In this document: positions 14,340 through 26,400 of the stretch, in pieces | Layout: every line of letters starts with the position of its first letter | Position numbering within the stretch: the stretch's first letter is position 1 | Assembly (NCBI GenBank): GCA_024137785.1 | Contig: JAHRHZ010000023.1 | Location: 35,651,085-35,715,084, forward strand | Direction: 5' to 3' | DNA from: Ginglymostoma cirratum | Taxonomy: Eukaryota | Length of the DNA: 64,000 nucleotides | Made by a program: the position numbers and the translations under genes | Notes under the pieces: generated by a model | What the model saw: only the letters and a program-made list of their open reading frames with translations | The model's database searches: none | Told to the model about the DNA's origin: nothing

Positions 14340-14770
14340 TAAGTGAGGGCGCAGTTCAGGGCAGCTGAGGTAGAAAGGAACAGAACAGAACAGAATGGAA
14401 CATAAAGGGTCATTTTCAGGAGCACTAGATGGATGCTGGGAAATGGAGGAAGGAAAATAGGATATGGAGGGAAGTTCCACAATGATAGGGGTAAGAGGGA
14501 CAAGGAAGGATGTGAACTGCATGTCAAGAGTAGGGACACAATAAGATCATTAAGTGCAATGGGAACATAAGCTGAATAAGGAGAAGTGTAAGACTCACAA
14601 TGTGCATGAAATTCTGGATGAGTGTTGGATTGGGTGTAAAACAGGAATATCAAGGGAATTATGTAAAAGCTGATAGTCAAAGGGGAATTGACAGAGGCCA
14701 AAGGAAAGTCGAAAGCCATTTACGATGATGGGGAAACATTTTAGTCTAGAGGAGGAAGACAGACGGTGAG
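14340..14770 (-). mobile_element. Highly decayed LINE 3' ORF remnant (L2/Crack-like?)
   Basis: Purine-rich on +. Minus translation contains SLLPLSLWNFPP, resembling the FFPxxxxLWNxLP C-terminal LINE motif. Confidence 0.3.
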
Positions 14771-15125
14771 TCAAATATCATATAACAAACACCATCTTTC
14801 TGCTTAAGTGGCTTGCAAAAGAAAGACTTACAGAGAATGTGCAGTACAAATGAGACAAATCCCAGACCAATTTTGCACATGTTCATGCACAGCACAAACA
14901 TAATCAACTGGAGATATTGAAATTGAAACTGAAAAATAACATTGTGTGAGCACTCAGCTAAAGGCTGAGCACTGACTGGAAAAACTCAATACAGAATAAA
15001 AGTGAATAAGCACCACAAACTCCAAGCAACAATATCCAGCCACGTTTGATGATTCTTTTAACTCTGAGGAGGACAACTAAGACTCGCTAACATTGGTGAT
15101 AGCTCTGGAGGAGTTTAAAGTTTTT

Positions 15126-15963
15126 GAGAAGATTTGTAGCTTGAGTTGTGGATGGGGTTGTAGACTCGCTCGCCGAGCCGGTGTGTTTGGATGCAGACGT
15201 TTCGTCACCCTGCTCGGTAGTATCATCAGTGCGCCTCCGGTGAAGCGTTGGTGTTCTGTCCAGCTTGTTATTTATAAGCCTCGGTTGCTGGGGTGGTTGG
15301 CATCACTTCTGGTTCTATTTTTCAGTGGTTTGTATATCGGGTCCAGTTCAATGTGTTTTTTGACGGAGTTCCGGTTGGAATGCCACACCTCCAGGAATTC
15401 CCTGTCATGTTGTGTCGTTTGGGTTGTTGGCACAAACCAAAAACCACCCTGCGACAGCTACTGATGAACGTAAAGGATCCCATACCCACAACCAATAAAA
15501 CTAACGTAATATACAAAATACCATGTAAGGACTGTGAGAAACATTACATAGGCTAAACTGGAAGAAAACTGACCATAAGGATACACAAACACCAACTAGC
15601 CACCAAAAGACACAAACAATTTTCACTGGTCTCAATATACATGGACAGAGCAGGACACGAATTCGACTGGGACAACACATCCATAATAGCACAAGCCAAA
15701 CAAAGACATGCCAGGGAATTCCTGGAGGCCTGGTATTCCAATTGGAACTCCATCAACTAACACGTCAACAAACTCCATCAACAAACCACTGGAAAACAGA
15801 ACCAGACGTGATGCCATTCGCCCCAGCAAACCGAGGCATATAAATAACAAGCGGGACAGAACACCAACACTTCACTAGAGGCACAACGACAATGTTACCT
15901 AGCAGAGTGACAAAATGTCTGCAGTCAAACACACCGGCTTGGCGAGCAAGTCTGCACCATCAT
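15126..15963 (+). mobile_element. Penelope-like element (Poseidon-like), 5'-truncated, GIY-YIG remnant with inverted upstream tail copy
   Basis: + strand from ~15410 reads HKPKTTLRQLLMNVKDPIPTTNKTNVIYKIPCKDCEKHYIG*TGRKLTIRIHKH...HEFDWDNTSIIAQAKQRHAREFLEAWYS (stop at 15554-15556). 15126-15409 is a diverged inverted copy of the 3' end (~15705-15963). Confidence 0.9.
15193..15232 (-). ncRNA. Minimal type I hammerhead ribozyme motif (PLE-associated)
   Basis: Minus strand reads GCA-CUGAUGA-UACUACCGAGCAGGGUGAC-GAAAC-GUC-UGC. The core is intact, stem I is GCA/UGC, stem II is imperfect, and a palindromic ACGU replaces stem III. Confidence 0.7.
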
Positions 15964-16427
15964 ATGGGGGAGTAATTTAACATTCTACCATACAGGAACA
16001 GTCGCAAGCCTACCCTTTGGAAAGTTAAAGACAGGGGGTTGAAACCTCATGCAGGCTGTTGATTCCCAGGTTGTAAAGGGCTGTAACGTAGACTCCAATG
16101 AATCAAGATTCAGGATAAGCTAATTGCTGCATGGAAAATAATGTAATAACCAAGGCTACAAAACATGTTGTATGTGGTAGAATGAGGAAGAAAACAGTGT
16201 CACGAAGGATGAATCTTACCAAGTACAGGTAGCTGTAGGGCACGCTTTCAGTCAGCACTTGAGCAGCCTGACAAGGACCCAAATGGTTACTTGAATCAGT
16301 CAAGATCTCAAATGGAAAGCAAGCCTTTCATTTCTTGTGCTTTATTTTCATAGATCCATATTTCTCTGTTAGATATTTGACAAACTCAACCCCGCAGCTG
16401 TATCAGCATCGGTATCATTGAGGAGGA

Positions 16428-16532
16428 GGATGAAAAGAAGGAATGATCAGTGCTAACAGAACGTGAGTCAGGAGGATCAGGATGGAAGAGAAGGAATGAT
16501 CAGTGCCAACAGAACTGGAGACAGGAGGCTCA
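16428..16532 (+). repeat. Tandem duplication of a ~52-bp unit
   Basis: GGATGAAAAGAAGGAATGATCAGTGCTAACAGAACGTGAGTCAGGAGGATCA is followed by GGATGGAAGAGAAGGAATGATCAGTGCCAACAGAACTGGAGACAGGAGGCTCA. Confidence 0.8.
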
Positions 16533-16579
16533 GGAAGCTGCAGCTGTTGATGAGAGGAGCCAGAGTTTGTAAGCTGTGT

Positions 16580-17530
16580 ATTGAGAGATGGTGGCACAGA
16601 GGCATTACTACTCCCTGTGAATGAGTGACAGGCAGTGCTGAAAACATCTTCATGTGACTGGGGAAGCCATCACCTGTGTCTATTGCTGAGTGGCTTGGGA
16701 GAAAGTGCTACAGCTGTGGGGTTGAAGATCACAGGTGGACTGATCTTCACAACCATCAGTTCCTTTCAACCCTCAGCTGCAGACATGTGTCACCTTTCCC
16801 AATAGGCAGCCCTCAAGTGTATTTATGAGTTCACGGTGTTCTGCCCAGAAAAGCATTAGAGATGGTCCAATTCACCATGGAACCAGGGAGTTGAGGTGCT
16901 TGAGCCTTCAGGATTGCAGCTATTCCCAGGTTCCTTCAGGTACAACACTGTACGTTATGTTGTTCTCAGAGCCGAGTGGCATCATCTAGCTGGATTCCTG
17001 AGCAGGTGGGAATTTCTCTTTTCATCTCTCTCTCAATTTGCACTTCATTTGGAGCTCCAGGCAATAATTCCTGTAGTATTCACCTGCTTACTACAGGGCT
17101 GTCACAGAGAACTTACATTCTACACACTTCTCAGGTTGTGTGAATATTTGCCCCTTTCCTCCCTTACATCATCTCCACAGCTGGGTCTTAGGTGACAAGA
17201 GGAATGCCAGAAGATGTGGCTAATGACCCAAGTGCACAGCCTCAGACTGGTACCCAAGAGGACCACAGTGCTGAAAATAAAAATGCTTTACAGCTCTGAT
17301 GAAGAGTCATCTAGGCTCAAAACATTAGCTTGCTGTCTCTTCACAGAAGCTACATGATCCACTGTGATCTCCAGCTTTGTTTTCAGTGCAGATTTCAGCA
17401 TCTGCTGTAGTTTGCTCCTACCAGGACTACAGTGTCGCCCAGGTATCAATGAGGTCTGCCATGGAACAGAAAATTGGTCTTCTGCAAAGACACTTCCATT
17501 GTCTGGACCATTCAAGAAGAACACTCACCT
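16580..17530 (+). mobile_element. PIF/Harbinger (HARBI1-like) DDE transposase remnant, with stops/frameshifts and a PLE insertion
   Basis: Collinear pieces: MSDRQC, VGLKITGGLIFTTISSFQPSAADMCHLSQ*AALKCIYEFT, WVLGDK, WLMTQV, SMRSAMEQKIGLLQRHFHCLDHS. They match Harbinger motifs LKVTxALxFFASGSFQ..D..ISQ, WLLGDxGY..WLMTP and TRxxIExxIGLLKxRFRCLD. Confidence 0.8.
17271..17422 (+). mobile_element. PLE-type tail insertion with HHR-like core (family B-related) inside the Harbinger remnant
   Basis: AGCT-CTGATGA-AGAGTCATCTAGGCTC-AAAAC-ATT-AGCT (GAAAC decayed to AAAAC). TSD AGGACCACAGTG 17259-17270 / AGGACTACAGTG 17423-17434. Confidence 0.75.
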
Positions 17531-18299
17531 CCTCACTATGGACCTCACAGGAACTCAGTTCTTAGCACATTCTTTTCACTCAGCTATTTAACATGTATGT
17601 TTTGTGAGATCCTGAATGTGATCTTATTGTACTACATATAATCTCGGCAATTCTGTACCTGCATTTTCATTGTGCGCATTAGTTGTCTTCTCTTACAGTT
17701 TTCCAAGCTGCTCTTAAGCTTCAAAAAGAGTACTTTGAGTATGAGCTCATAAATTGGTCTGCAAACATGAGAACCACCAGTGACATAGTAATTGCATTCT
17801 GAGGTGTAGCTGTCATTGGCAAAAATGCAATGTTTGATATTGCTTCATCTATTTCCAATTGTGAATTAAATTTTTAACTGTGCAAAGAAGAAATTGAACA
17901 ACACCATTAGACTTGGACTAATGTGGAGAAATATTGCAATTCATCATCCACTCTCACACATATCCTGGAAAGCCTTACCAATAATTGCAGACCTTGTTCT
18001 GTAATGTTCTCTCTAGGAATGTTGAATAAACTTAAGCTAGGGTTAGAGTGTGTGCTACAGCGTGCTTAACATATTGACCAATTGATGAATGATGGGATAC
18101 TTGGTAATGTCTTCAACCATGATAATGTAATTACTTATATGGACTTGATAAAAGATGTGATTTTGAACCAAGGATTTCATGGGATATCAGTAATTCCTCA
18201 TGCTTGGGATATGCACCTGATATGTGCACGATATTTCTTGCAGTTCTTAGCAAAGATTTTGATGTCACTGCTTATTGGAGTCTAATATACCTACTCGAC

Positions 18300-18560
18300 T
18301 ATTCGGAGTCTTTTTGACTAATATATATCCATGTGTGAGTCATTAAGTTGTTGACAGCAAGTCATAGAGATTCAGGTATGATGACCTGCCCTCCTTCAAA
18401 AATGATTCCTCGGGAGATGACAAGCTCATCCCCAAAAGGCCAGTGTGGTGTCACATTTGTTGACATGCTGAATTGAATCAGACCATCCTTCATGGATGGC
18501 TTTCTGTAGTTTCTGTAGTGTTGAAGCTTTTGCTGTTTCCACTTGCAACTATTGACCTTC
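18300..18560 (-). mobile_element. Gypsy/Ty3 LTR-retrotransposon pol fragment (RNase H-integrase linker)
   Basis: PHWPFGDELVISRGIIFEGGQVIIPESL resembles the YWxxRDELSxxDGLxFKGxRVVIPxSLR motif that precedes the integrase zinc finger. Confidence 0.65.
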
Positions 18561-19243
18561 ATCCATTAATTTTGGCATCTTACCCATGCATGTACAGGCA
18601 TCGAGCTGAGAAGAATGTATTTGATGTGAAAATCTAAATCCTCACCCTCCTAGAACTCTCTTGTTTTTAGACCTGCCTCCACACTTAATTTAAAATAAAC
18701 ATTCCATCCATAGGCTCCATCATGACTCATTTAATCCCGAATATTACAATTTATGTTACTTACCTGCGATGTTCTGCTTTCCTTGATTTGACAATTCCAT
18801 GTTTTCCTCATCTTAAGAGAAAAACCTTTTATGGAGCAATATATATGCCCCATTTAAAGTATTTGATCATCGCTGGTTTTATTTAGCCTTGTAGCATTTA
18901 ATCTTTTCCAACTCTCAGCTCTCATTTAAAGGAAATTAATCAAAGAGTGGCAATAACTGATTTGGGTTTCAATTAACTCCACATACTGTAGAATAATCGA
19001 ATTGCTTCAAATGACAAATCCCCCTTCAAATTTTGTTAATTTTGCTCTTTTCCTCGAGCCTTCCATTGACAGTTCAAGCTAAATACTTAGTCACAATGAA
19101 TACTATCCAAACCTTAATAACAAGGTGTGGAGCTGGATGAACACAGCAGGCCAAGCAGCATCATAGGAGCAGGAAAGCTTGACGTTTCAGGCCTAGACCC
19201 TTCATCAGAAATGGGGGAGGGGAAGAGGGTTCTGAAATAAATA

Positions 19244-19820
19244 CATCCAACGAAATGCATCCAACGCATCATCCTCTGACATTTCCGCCATCTGCAATCC
19301 GACCCCACCACCAAAGACATTTTTCCCTCCCCACCCTTGTCTGCTTTTCGGAGGGACCACTCCCTCTGTGACTCCTTTGTCCGCTCCACACTCCCCTCCA
19401 GACCCACCACACCCAGCACTTTTCCCTGCAGGAAGTGCTACACCTGCCCCCACACCTCCTTCCTCACCCCAATCCCACGCCCCAAGAAGACTTTCCACAT
19501 CAAGCAGATGTTCACCTGCACATCTGCCAATGTGGTATACTGCATCCGCTGTACCCGTTGTGGCCTCCTCTACATCGGGGAAACCAAGCGGAGGCTTGGG
19601 GACCGCTTTGCAGAACACCTGCGCTCAGTTCGCAACAGACAACTGCACCTCCCAGTCGCGAACCATTTCAACTCCCCCTCCCATTCCTCAGACGACATGT
19701 CCATCCTGGGCCTCCTGCAATGCCACAGTGATGCCACCCAAAGGCTGCAGGAACAGCAAATCATATTCAGCCTGGGAACCCTGAGCCCAACGGTATCAAC
19801 GTGGATTTCACAAGCTTCAA
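19244..19820 (+). pseudogene. C-terminal linker plus GIY-YIG endonuclease of the PLE ORF (no RT domain; stop and frameshift)
   Basis: ORF track 19337-19963. In-frame TGA near 19277, and a frameshift after LGTL before PNGINVDF. Confidence 0.85.
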
Positions 19821-20147
19821 AATCTCCCCTCCCCCAACCGCATCCCAAAACCAGCCCAGCTCGTCCCTGCCTCCCTAACCTGTTCTTCCTCTCACCTATC
19901 CCCTCCTCCTACCTCAAGCCCCACACCCATCTCCTATCTACTAACCTCATCCCACCCCCTTGACCTGTCTGTCTTCCCTGGACTGACCCATTTCCTCCCT
20001 ACCCCCCCACCTACACTCACCTTTACTGGCTCCATCCCCGCCTCTTCGACTTGTCTGCCTCCTCTCCACCTATCCTCTCCTCTATCCATCTTCTATCCTC
20101 CTCCCCCTCTCTCCCTATTTATTTCAGAACCCTCTTCCCCTCCCCCA

Positions 20148-20181
20148 TTTCTGATGAAGGGTCTAGGCCTGAAACGTCAAG
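20148..20181 (+). ncRNA. Minimal hammerhead ribozyme motif (family A); mirror copy on minus strand at 19178-19211
   Basis: UUU-CUGAUGA(20151-20157)-A-GGGU CUAG GCCU-GAAAC(20171-20175)-GUC(20176-20178)-AAG. Confidence 0.7.
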
Positions 20182-21112
20182 CTTTCCTGCTCCTATGATG
20201 CTGCTTGGCCTGCTGTGTTCATCCAGCTCCACACCTTGTTATCTCAGATTCTCCAGCATCTGCAGTACCCATTATCTCTGACACTATCCAAACCTTGCAG
20301 CATTTTAGGATTCAGATAAAATCTTCGATTCTGTTTCGCTGACAATAATGTATTCAATTCTGTGAATCTCCTCTCACAATTTAAGCCCCTTATTTGCAGG
20401 ATCCTCCATGTTGTTTTTTCTCTGAATCCCTTTCCAAAACAATAGTCTCCCTTTAAAGACTGGTGATCCTATATTGTGCTTAATAGTAAGAAATACTTAG
20501 CATCATAAAGTAGTTTATCCCTTTCTCCATTGAAATACTGAGCTGAGATATATTTATATGGGGAGATGCGAGCTTGAAGCTCAATGCCACCTCAGATACA
20601 GAAAGGAGAATGGAAGGAAGGCTGCCATACATCTCTCCTGGCAGCCATTTTAACATATCAGAGAAAGACTTGGCACACTTAATAGAAAAGGTTAGTGATT
20701 GAAGTGTAATTAGCATGAAACAGAAAGCAGCAGCAAACTATTTAATGGTTAAATAGGTAAGTATTAACACTATTCATATTAAGTGAACCTTTGTGCCAAC
20801 AGAGTTTTCACCATGTAATCCACGAAGAATAATTCCTGAGGACAGTACAGCTGAAATCAAATGTTCCTTAAGATCAAAGTTGTTCAGATCTTCCTGCGTC
20901 CTAGTGAGATCAAGACTCAAACCCTGAAAAACAGCAGAAGATGTAAACACTTTGCCAAAGTACAGTAGGCTACACCAAACAGGAATCATTTCTTTCAGAA
21001 TCATGAAAATGTTGTGATAAAACAAATGGGATCAGGACAGGAAAATACCACGGTTCTCTCTTTCCCACTGGTCAACCCAACATAGCCAACAACTTGACAT
21101 ATCTCTACATGA

Positions 21113-21246
21113 GATAGTAGGAACTGCAGATGCTGGAGAATCTGAGATAACAAGGCGTAGAGCTGGATGAACACAGCAGGCCAAGCAGCATCAGAGGAGC
21201 AGGAAGGCTGACGTTTTGGGCCTAGACCCTCCTTCAGAAAAATGAA
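21113..21246 (-). mobile_element. PLE tail (family A) solo insertion
   Basis: Reverse complement of the 20150-20280 tail (CTGAAGG variant core). TSD CTCTACATGA at 21103-21112 and 21247-21256. Confidence 0.85.
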
Positions 21247-21599
21247 CTCTACATGAACTTGCTACCAAAACTGCTCTGTTAACTGGCAAATGTTTTAGCT
21301 GGTGCCTCCTAACAGTGAGTTTATAATTTGAGTTTGTGGGCTTATTGCTTCCATTTGCAGTTAAAATGTGATAGCCAGTCTGCCCTGGCCTGGGGTGAAT
21401 TTTGTCACTCAATCATGGGCTTTTCACCTCATTAATTATGCACCAAGCAGTTGGGTCCAACTAGCAGCAAGTCACGAGACAATTTAGGTGGAAGTACTCA
21501 CCATGCCAGAGTTTTCTGGCATTCATACTGTTGGTGCCATTTTTAAAGCCCAGCTGCACATCCATATCAGATGCTGCAAATCAGGAGTGTCTCGTTCCA

Positions 21600-23210
21600 C
21601 TGAGGTGCGTGATTCAGAGGGAAGGTAAGTTAGGTCCCCCCCACCATTCCAGGTTATGGATCTGGAGGTGTTGGTGGATAGGCTGGTGCAGAGGACGGCA
21701 GTCCATTTTCCTGCTGACCACCAAAGAAGAGAATGCCACCAGACTCAGCTTGGATAGAACTAGTGGCCTGGGTCAGTGTTGTGCCCTGAGGCAGAATTGA
21801 TTTCTAGCAGAAAGTGCAAAAATGCCATCAAGGGAGACTTCTTTCTGCTTCCTCATGCTCCAAGGGCCAGTGCTCACTTTAACTCTGCCATTGCACCAAG
21901 ATTCATTTATTGTAACTCTCTCTATTGCATGCTTCATGTCCACCAAAGGACTCTCACCTGCCTCATACTCCAAAACTACTGAACATTCCTGCCCTCCGTG
22001 CTACTGACTCACTCAACCTCACCATCTCCTGTTCTTGCATGCACTTCCATCATACTCAATCCCTCCCCTTGTCTCATTGTAAATAGGCTGGCCCATAACC
22101 TAATCAAGAGGTCCCAGGCTGACAGGCTCACTCTTTACAAGGAAGGGATTATAAATTTGGCTGGAAAGGAGCGGGACTGTTGATGTGGGGATAGGGAGTA
22201 ACCAATGGGCAAATAAGCCTGTCAGTTTCATTGTGCTGTGCTGATCTTCCATGACCAGTAGCACTAACTAACCCATAATCTGCACAAGCTTACATCTATC
22301 TTCTCCAGTTAATTCCCCCTTTTCTATTATGGAGCCATTAGTGGCACCCAGTGTATAACTGCAAAGAAGCAGTGTCAAAAATCCTCAGCTCCACCTCCGA
22401 GGATAAAGCCAGTGAACCCTCAGAGGATGTGGCAGCAAAGCCTTCACCTGCCTTCTCCACCAGCTCAAAGAGTGCCTTCACTTCAGTGTGTCCTCAACCT
22501 AGATTAGAGCCAGGAGAACAGTCTAATGAGCCTGTTACTGACATACCTCTGGCATGCAGCAGGTTGAGAAAGAAACACCCGAGGTCTTTAACGCACAGAG
22601 GATCGTGGAGACCAGGCACAGGTAGAAGGTGTTCCCCTGTTCCCTGCCATAAATGACTTTGTTAAAATGTAGGCTTTGGAATGACACATGTTGGGTGGGT
22701 GAGCTGGACGGGCCAGACACTGGAAGTACAGGCTGCATTGCCAGAAGTAAGTCATTAAGCTGGATGGAAGGATCCACAATCAAGGATAGCCTCTCGCTAC
22801 TTTCACTTCTTTGCTGTGTCTGGCATGCAGGCACCTCCATAGACAGGTTGTGAACCACATGGATATCCAGGTCAAACAGTACACTCAATATCTGCCAGAT
22901 ATAGCTACAGGCCTGCTCTCCATCATGTTAACCATGGCATGGCATCTGTATCAAGGCATTACCTCATTCCAGGTGGTCCTCCTGGTCAGGGAGACGAGCT
23001 GTTGCTGGTGGGCACACAAAGGAGCAACACACAGACACACCAGAAGCTTCTTTGCGTACTGCAGAGGCAATGTCCCATCCTCCTCCCACCTCATTGCAAA
23101 GCCTGTAGCAGCACAAGCCAAGGAGGAGAGAGCCTGGAACTGCCCAGGAGTTTCTCAGCAGGTTTGGGGCCTCTAGGCCTGAACACACCAGGAAATAACC
23201 ATCCACCCAT
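21600..23210 (+). mobile_element. PIF/Harbinger Myb/SANT-like accessory gene remnant
   Basis: FQVMDLEVLVDRLVQRTAVHFPADHQRR, AWIELVAWVSV and KCKNAIK (21648-21835) resemble the Harbinger Myb-like domain (FSDxDLEVLLDxVxxRRxVLFP..AWxEVAxxVS..QCRKK). A GC-richer S/P/E low-complexity coding-like block follows at 22350-23200. Confidence 0.6.
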
Positions 23211-23271
23211 CTCATAGCTCATTAGTCTGTGAAGAAAATCTGCACAAGCAGATGATGGAATATGCATTCAC

Positions 23272-23495
23272 TAAAAATCTGGAATTAAGAATCTAATGAT
23301 GACTGTGAATCCATTGATGATTGTTGGAAAAACCCATCTGGTTCACTAATGTCCTTTAGGGAAAGAAATTGCCATCCTTACCTGGTCTGGCTTACATGTG
23401 GCTACAAACCCATAGCAACGTGATTGACTCTTACTGCCCTCTGGGCAACAAATGCTGGCCAAGCAGCCACATCCTCATCCTGTGAATGATTTTTT
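23272..23495 (+). mobile_element. 5'-truncated tRNA-SINE (same family as 62928-63290)
   Basis: AAATCTGGAATTAAGAATCTAATGATGAC...AACCCATCTGGTTCACTAATGTCCTTTAGGGAAAG...CATCCTGTGAATGA. Confidence 0.8.
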
Positions 23496-26400
23496 TAAGA
23501 AGTGCTGCTTCTCACAGGTTCAGCGCAATTGTACAGGATGCTCAACCTTTTGAAGGCAGCATAACAGACAATGCACACTATGAAACATTGCTTACAATGA
23601 TCAAAAGGCCAGAGGAGATATCTCAGGATTCCCCTCAACCTGCTGGCAATCATGAGAGACTTCACTACAGAGCACTTGGATATGATATCCTGAAGAGCGC
23701 CTTAAAGGCGACCAAACCTTAGCCCAATGTGACGTTGACGCATTGTCACATTGATTGCTGCTTTGCCCCTAGTAGTCATGAAGATCAAGTTATGTGCAGA
23801 TACTTTAAAGTGGGATCTCTGGAAGACATCACACACAATCCTGTGGATGATAAGACATTTACACTGCAACACAAAAGGTCAAGGACTGCAAATCTAACAA
23901 CATCCCAAAAAATTACACATGTATTTTGCACAAAGAAGGAGGTGTATGTCAGACTGGCAATAGATTTACAAACAATTAAACAAAGTCCACAGTCTTTTCT
24001 TCAACAAAGCAAGAAGTACCAAAGTTGCCTCTAGTCTCTTGGACTGAATGATATGTTGCTCTGTCACGATCTCTTAGACAGCTGTCCTGATAAATTTCCT
24101 GACTGTCTTCCTCATCTTCATCCTCAGAAGATTGTTATTGATTCCTCCATTGTCACTGCATCCAGGACATATTCCCTTTGTCAGTTGCAGAGACTTAATT
24201 AGTTGAGGCACGATCACTTCAATTGGCACTGGTAGGATATCAAAATCAAAATTTCTCTCTTTTCTCCCAAAGAATAAACAGTAAGTGACTCCAGCAGCTT
24301 AGAAAGAGCTTGCAGCCATTTTGTGAAGTTATCGCTCAGTTGACTTTTGACCTGAAATGACGAGGCTTCAATATTTGTGTCAGTTTGGAGATCATGCTGG
24401 TTCAGCCTGTGACTCGTGGTTTGAGACCCCATTCTTCATGTTCCCTTTTGTCTTGCTGACCCTGTGGCGCCTATGACGTCTCAACATGTTCCCATTTCAG
24501 TTGGGCCCTTTATGAAATAATTAGTGCCCCCACTTTACCCTCAGAACCCATGACTTTGGAAATTTCCATGCCCCTGTTGGTTTTACACCTAACCCTTGGA
24601 TTCTCATTGATCCAAATGCTTTATTGATATGGCCAAACTGTCCTCAAATAGGACAAACTTCTTGAGTGACAGTGACATTGCCCCTTACTGACTATCATAC
24701 TTTTTGAAGCCATTAAGGATTGCTCCCCTTTGACTTTCAGACATGGTCCTTTGCCCGTGGCCCGTGCAGTGTGTTCACTGTTTTTGCTGCTGCCACAGGC
24801 TGTGGATGCAACTTCACCGTAGCACAGTGCTGCACACCACCCACCTGATTGGTGGATTGACAGCTCCATGCTCCCCACCATCACAAGCTGCCTGCCTTTC
24901 CCTCTGCTCTAAAACAACACACCTGTAACTGAATGCTGAGGATATATGTGCAAAGAAAGCAGTGTGACCGACACAAAAATTGGCGGCCTGTAATTCAGTG
25001 CTGAAGTCAGTATGCATTTAGAAAACAAAGTGAAACAGATAGTGACTGGCAGCCTCCAAGCAAGTGCTAAAGTGAGTCAGCACAAAGAATGCATGCTGAG
25101 TACCATATGATGTATATGTCCATGTCAGCACAAAAGGCACCTGCATAGATACGTGAGATGTGTGGTTCTTCCTGTATGCAAAGCAACCTGACAGGAGCAT
25201 ATGTTGATGCGGAGTTGCACAGATGAAGAGTTGAGGAGGATGGTGTATGGAGCATGCAGGGACGTTGCTGTGAGGAGGCTGTGGCATGTTGGCTGGGACA
25301 GGCAGTTGGTGAGTTGCAGCCACTGAATATCTTTCCTGGTTTACCTGTTGGGGACTTACACCATCTACTTTCTCTATAGAAGAGAATTGGAAATGTGATG
25401 GAAATTGGATGAATTGAAGCTTGCACAATACATAAATTTGTGGAAATAAGATAGTCACTGCTCAAGGGTGAGATTGTGAAGATGCCATTTAAATCTTGAG
25501 GGGAATATTGGGAATTTTTTCTCAACAGCAACAACCTGATTTTTCATTTTCACCACATTTTGGCACCGCACTCACCATTACTCTCAGCAGACCAGGCAGG
25601 GGAAATTTCCACCACTTGTTCTTTTCATTTTTTGCATTAACTGTCATAAATGTTTTCTGCTCTCTAATTCGCACCATATTTACTATTCCGTTCCTTTAGA
25701 TGTTGTTTTCTATTGACTCGTATCATTTTCTGGCTTAGCATGTAAATCTAAATCTGCATCTTGGACGAAGAATTGAAGTAAAGCAAAAATAAAATCTACG
25801 ACTCCGTTCTTTTTAATTCGGGTCCTGTCCTCTGTAATTTTGAGCTGTTTCCCGTAGTCACACAAGACTGAAATAGTCATTACATTTTCTTTTTAAATGC
25901 CAGTGGGTACAGTATTATAAATTCAAATACTGCTACAGATATTATTTATTAACAATGTCCCCTGCCGTGTTTTTGCAAGTTGTTATGCAGACAGCATCAG
26001 CAGCCAAACTCCTGCCTCAGATCTTAGAAACATTTCAGCAAAGAAGATTAGAACTATCATAGCTGGTACTGTTTTGAAAAATGCATACAAAAAGTCACCT
26101 AGTCTGATTTCAGAGCAGAAATTTATGCTCATGTACAACGTTTTTTTAAAAAAATTACGGTAGTCTAATTTTCCTGAATGCATTGCCTAGGCAGGTATCA
26201 GCTGAAAAATTATTTGTAAAAATGTGTCTGAATGGCATGGTAAATTAATCTCAAGTTTAGGTTTTCAGGTGGCTGTACCTGACTGTGTCAGGAAAGGGCA
26301 CAGTAATGTAAATTTTGTGCAAATAAGTGTCAAATACATTCACACTCTGAGATTCCCTATCCTGGATTGAGATAAAGTTCAGGGACAAATTGCTCACCCA

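Larger units (their letters stand above)
19116..20282 (+). mobile_element. Penelope-like element (Neptune-like), young, 5'-truncated, with 127-bp inverted terminal arm and 14-bp TSD
   Basis: GIY-YIG domain FTCTSANVVYCIRCTRCGLLYIGETKRRLGDRFAEH...VANHFN, preceded by the Cys-rich linker FPCRKCYTCPH. 19117-19243 is the reverse complement of 20116-20242. TSD ACTATCCAAACCTT at 19102-19115 and 20283-20296. Confidence 0.95.

Noticed and set aside
19114-20281. Overlapping ORFs sharing the peptide SDEGSRPETSSFPAPMMLLGLLCSSSS (also at 49879-50073)
   Set aside because: Translation of the non-coding HHR-containing tail and its inverted copy, not a protein family.
20540-21025. Candidate exons (+ frame ending AAG|GTTAGT near 20690; minus ORF 20774-21025)
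   Set aside because: Peptides are not recognisable and no consistent partner exons were found; insufficient support.
24620-25534. Minus-strand ORFs of 87-155 aa in GC-richer DNA
   Set aside because: No coherent domain. Probably decayed Harbinger-related sequence, too degraded to call.
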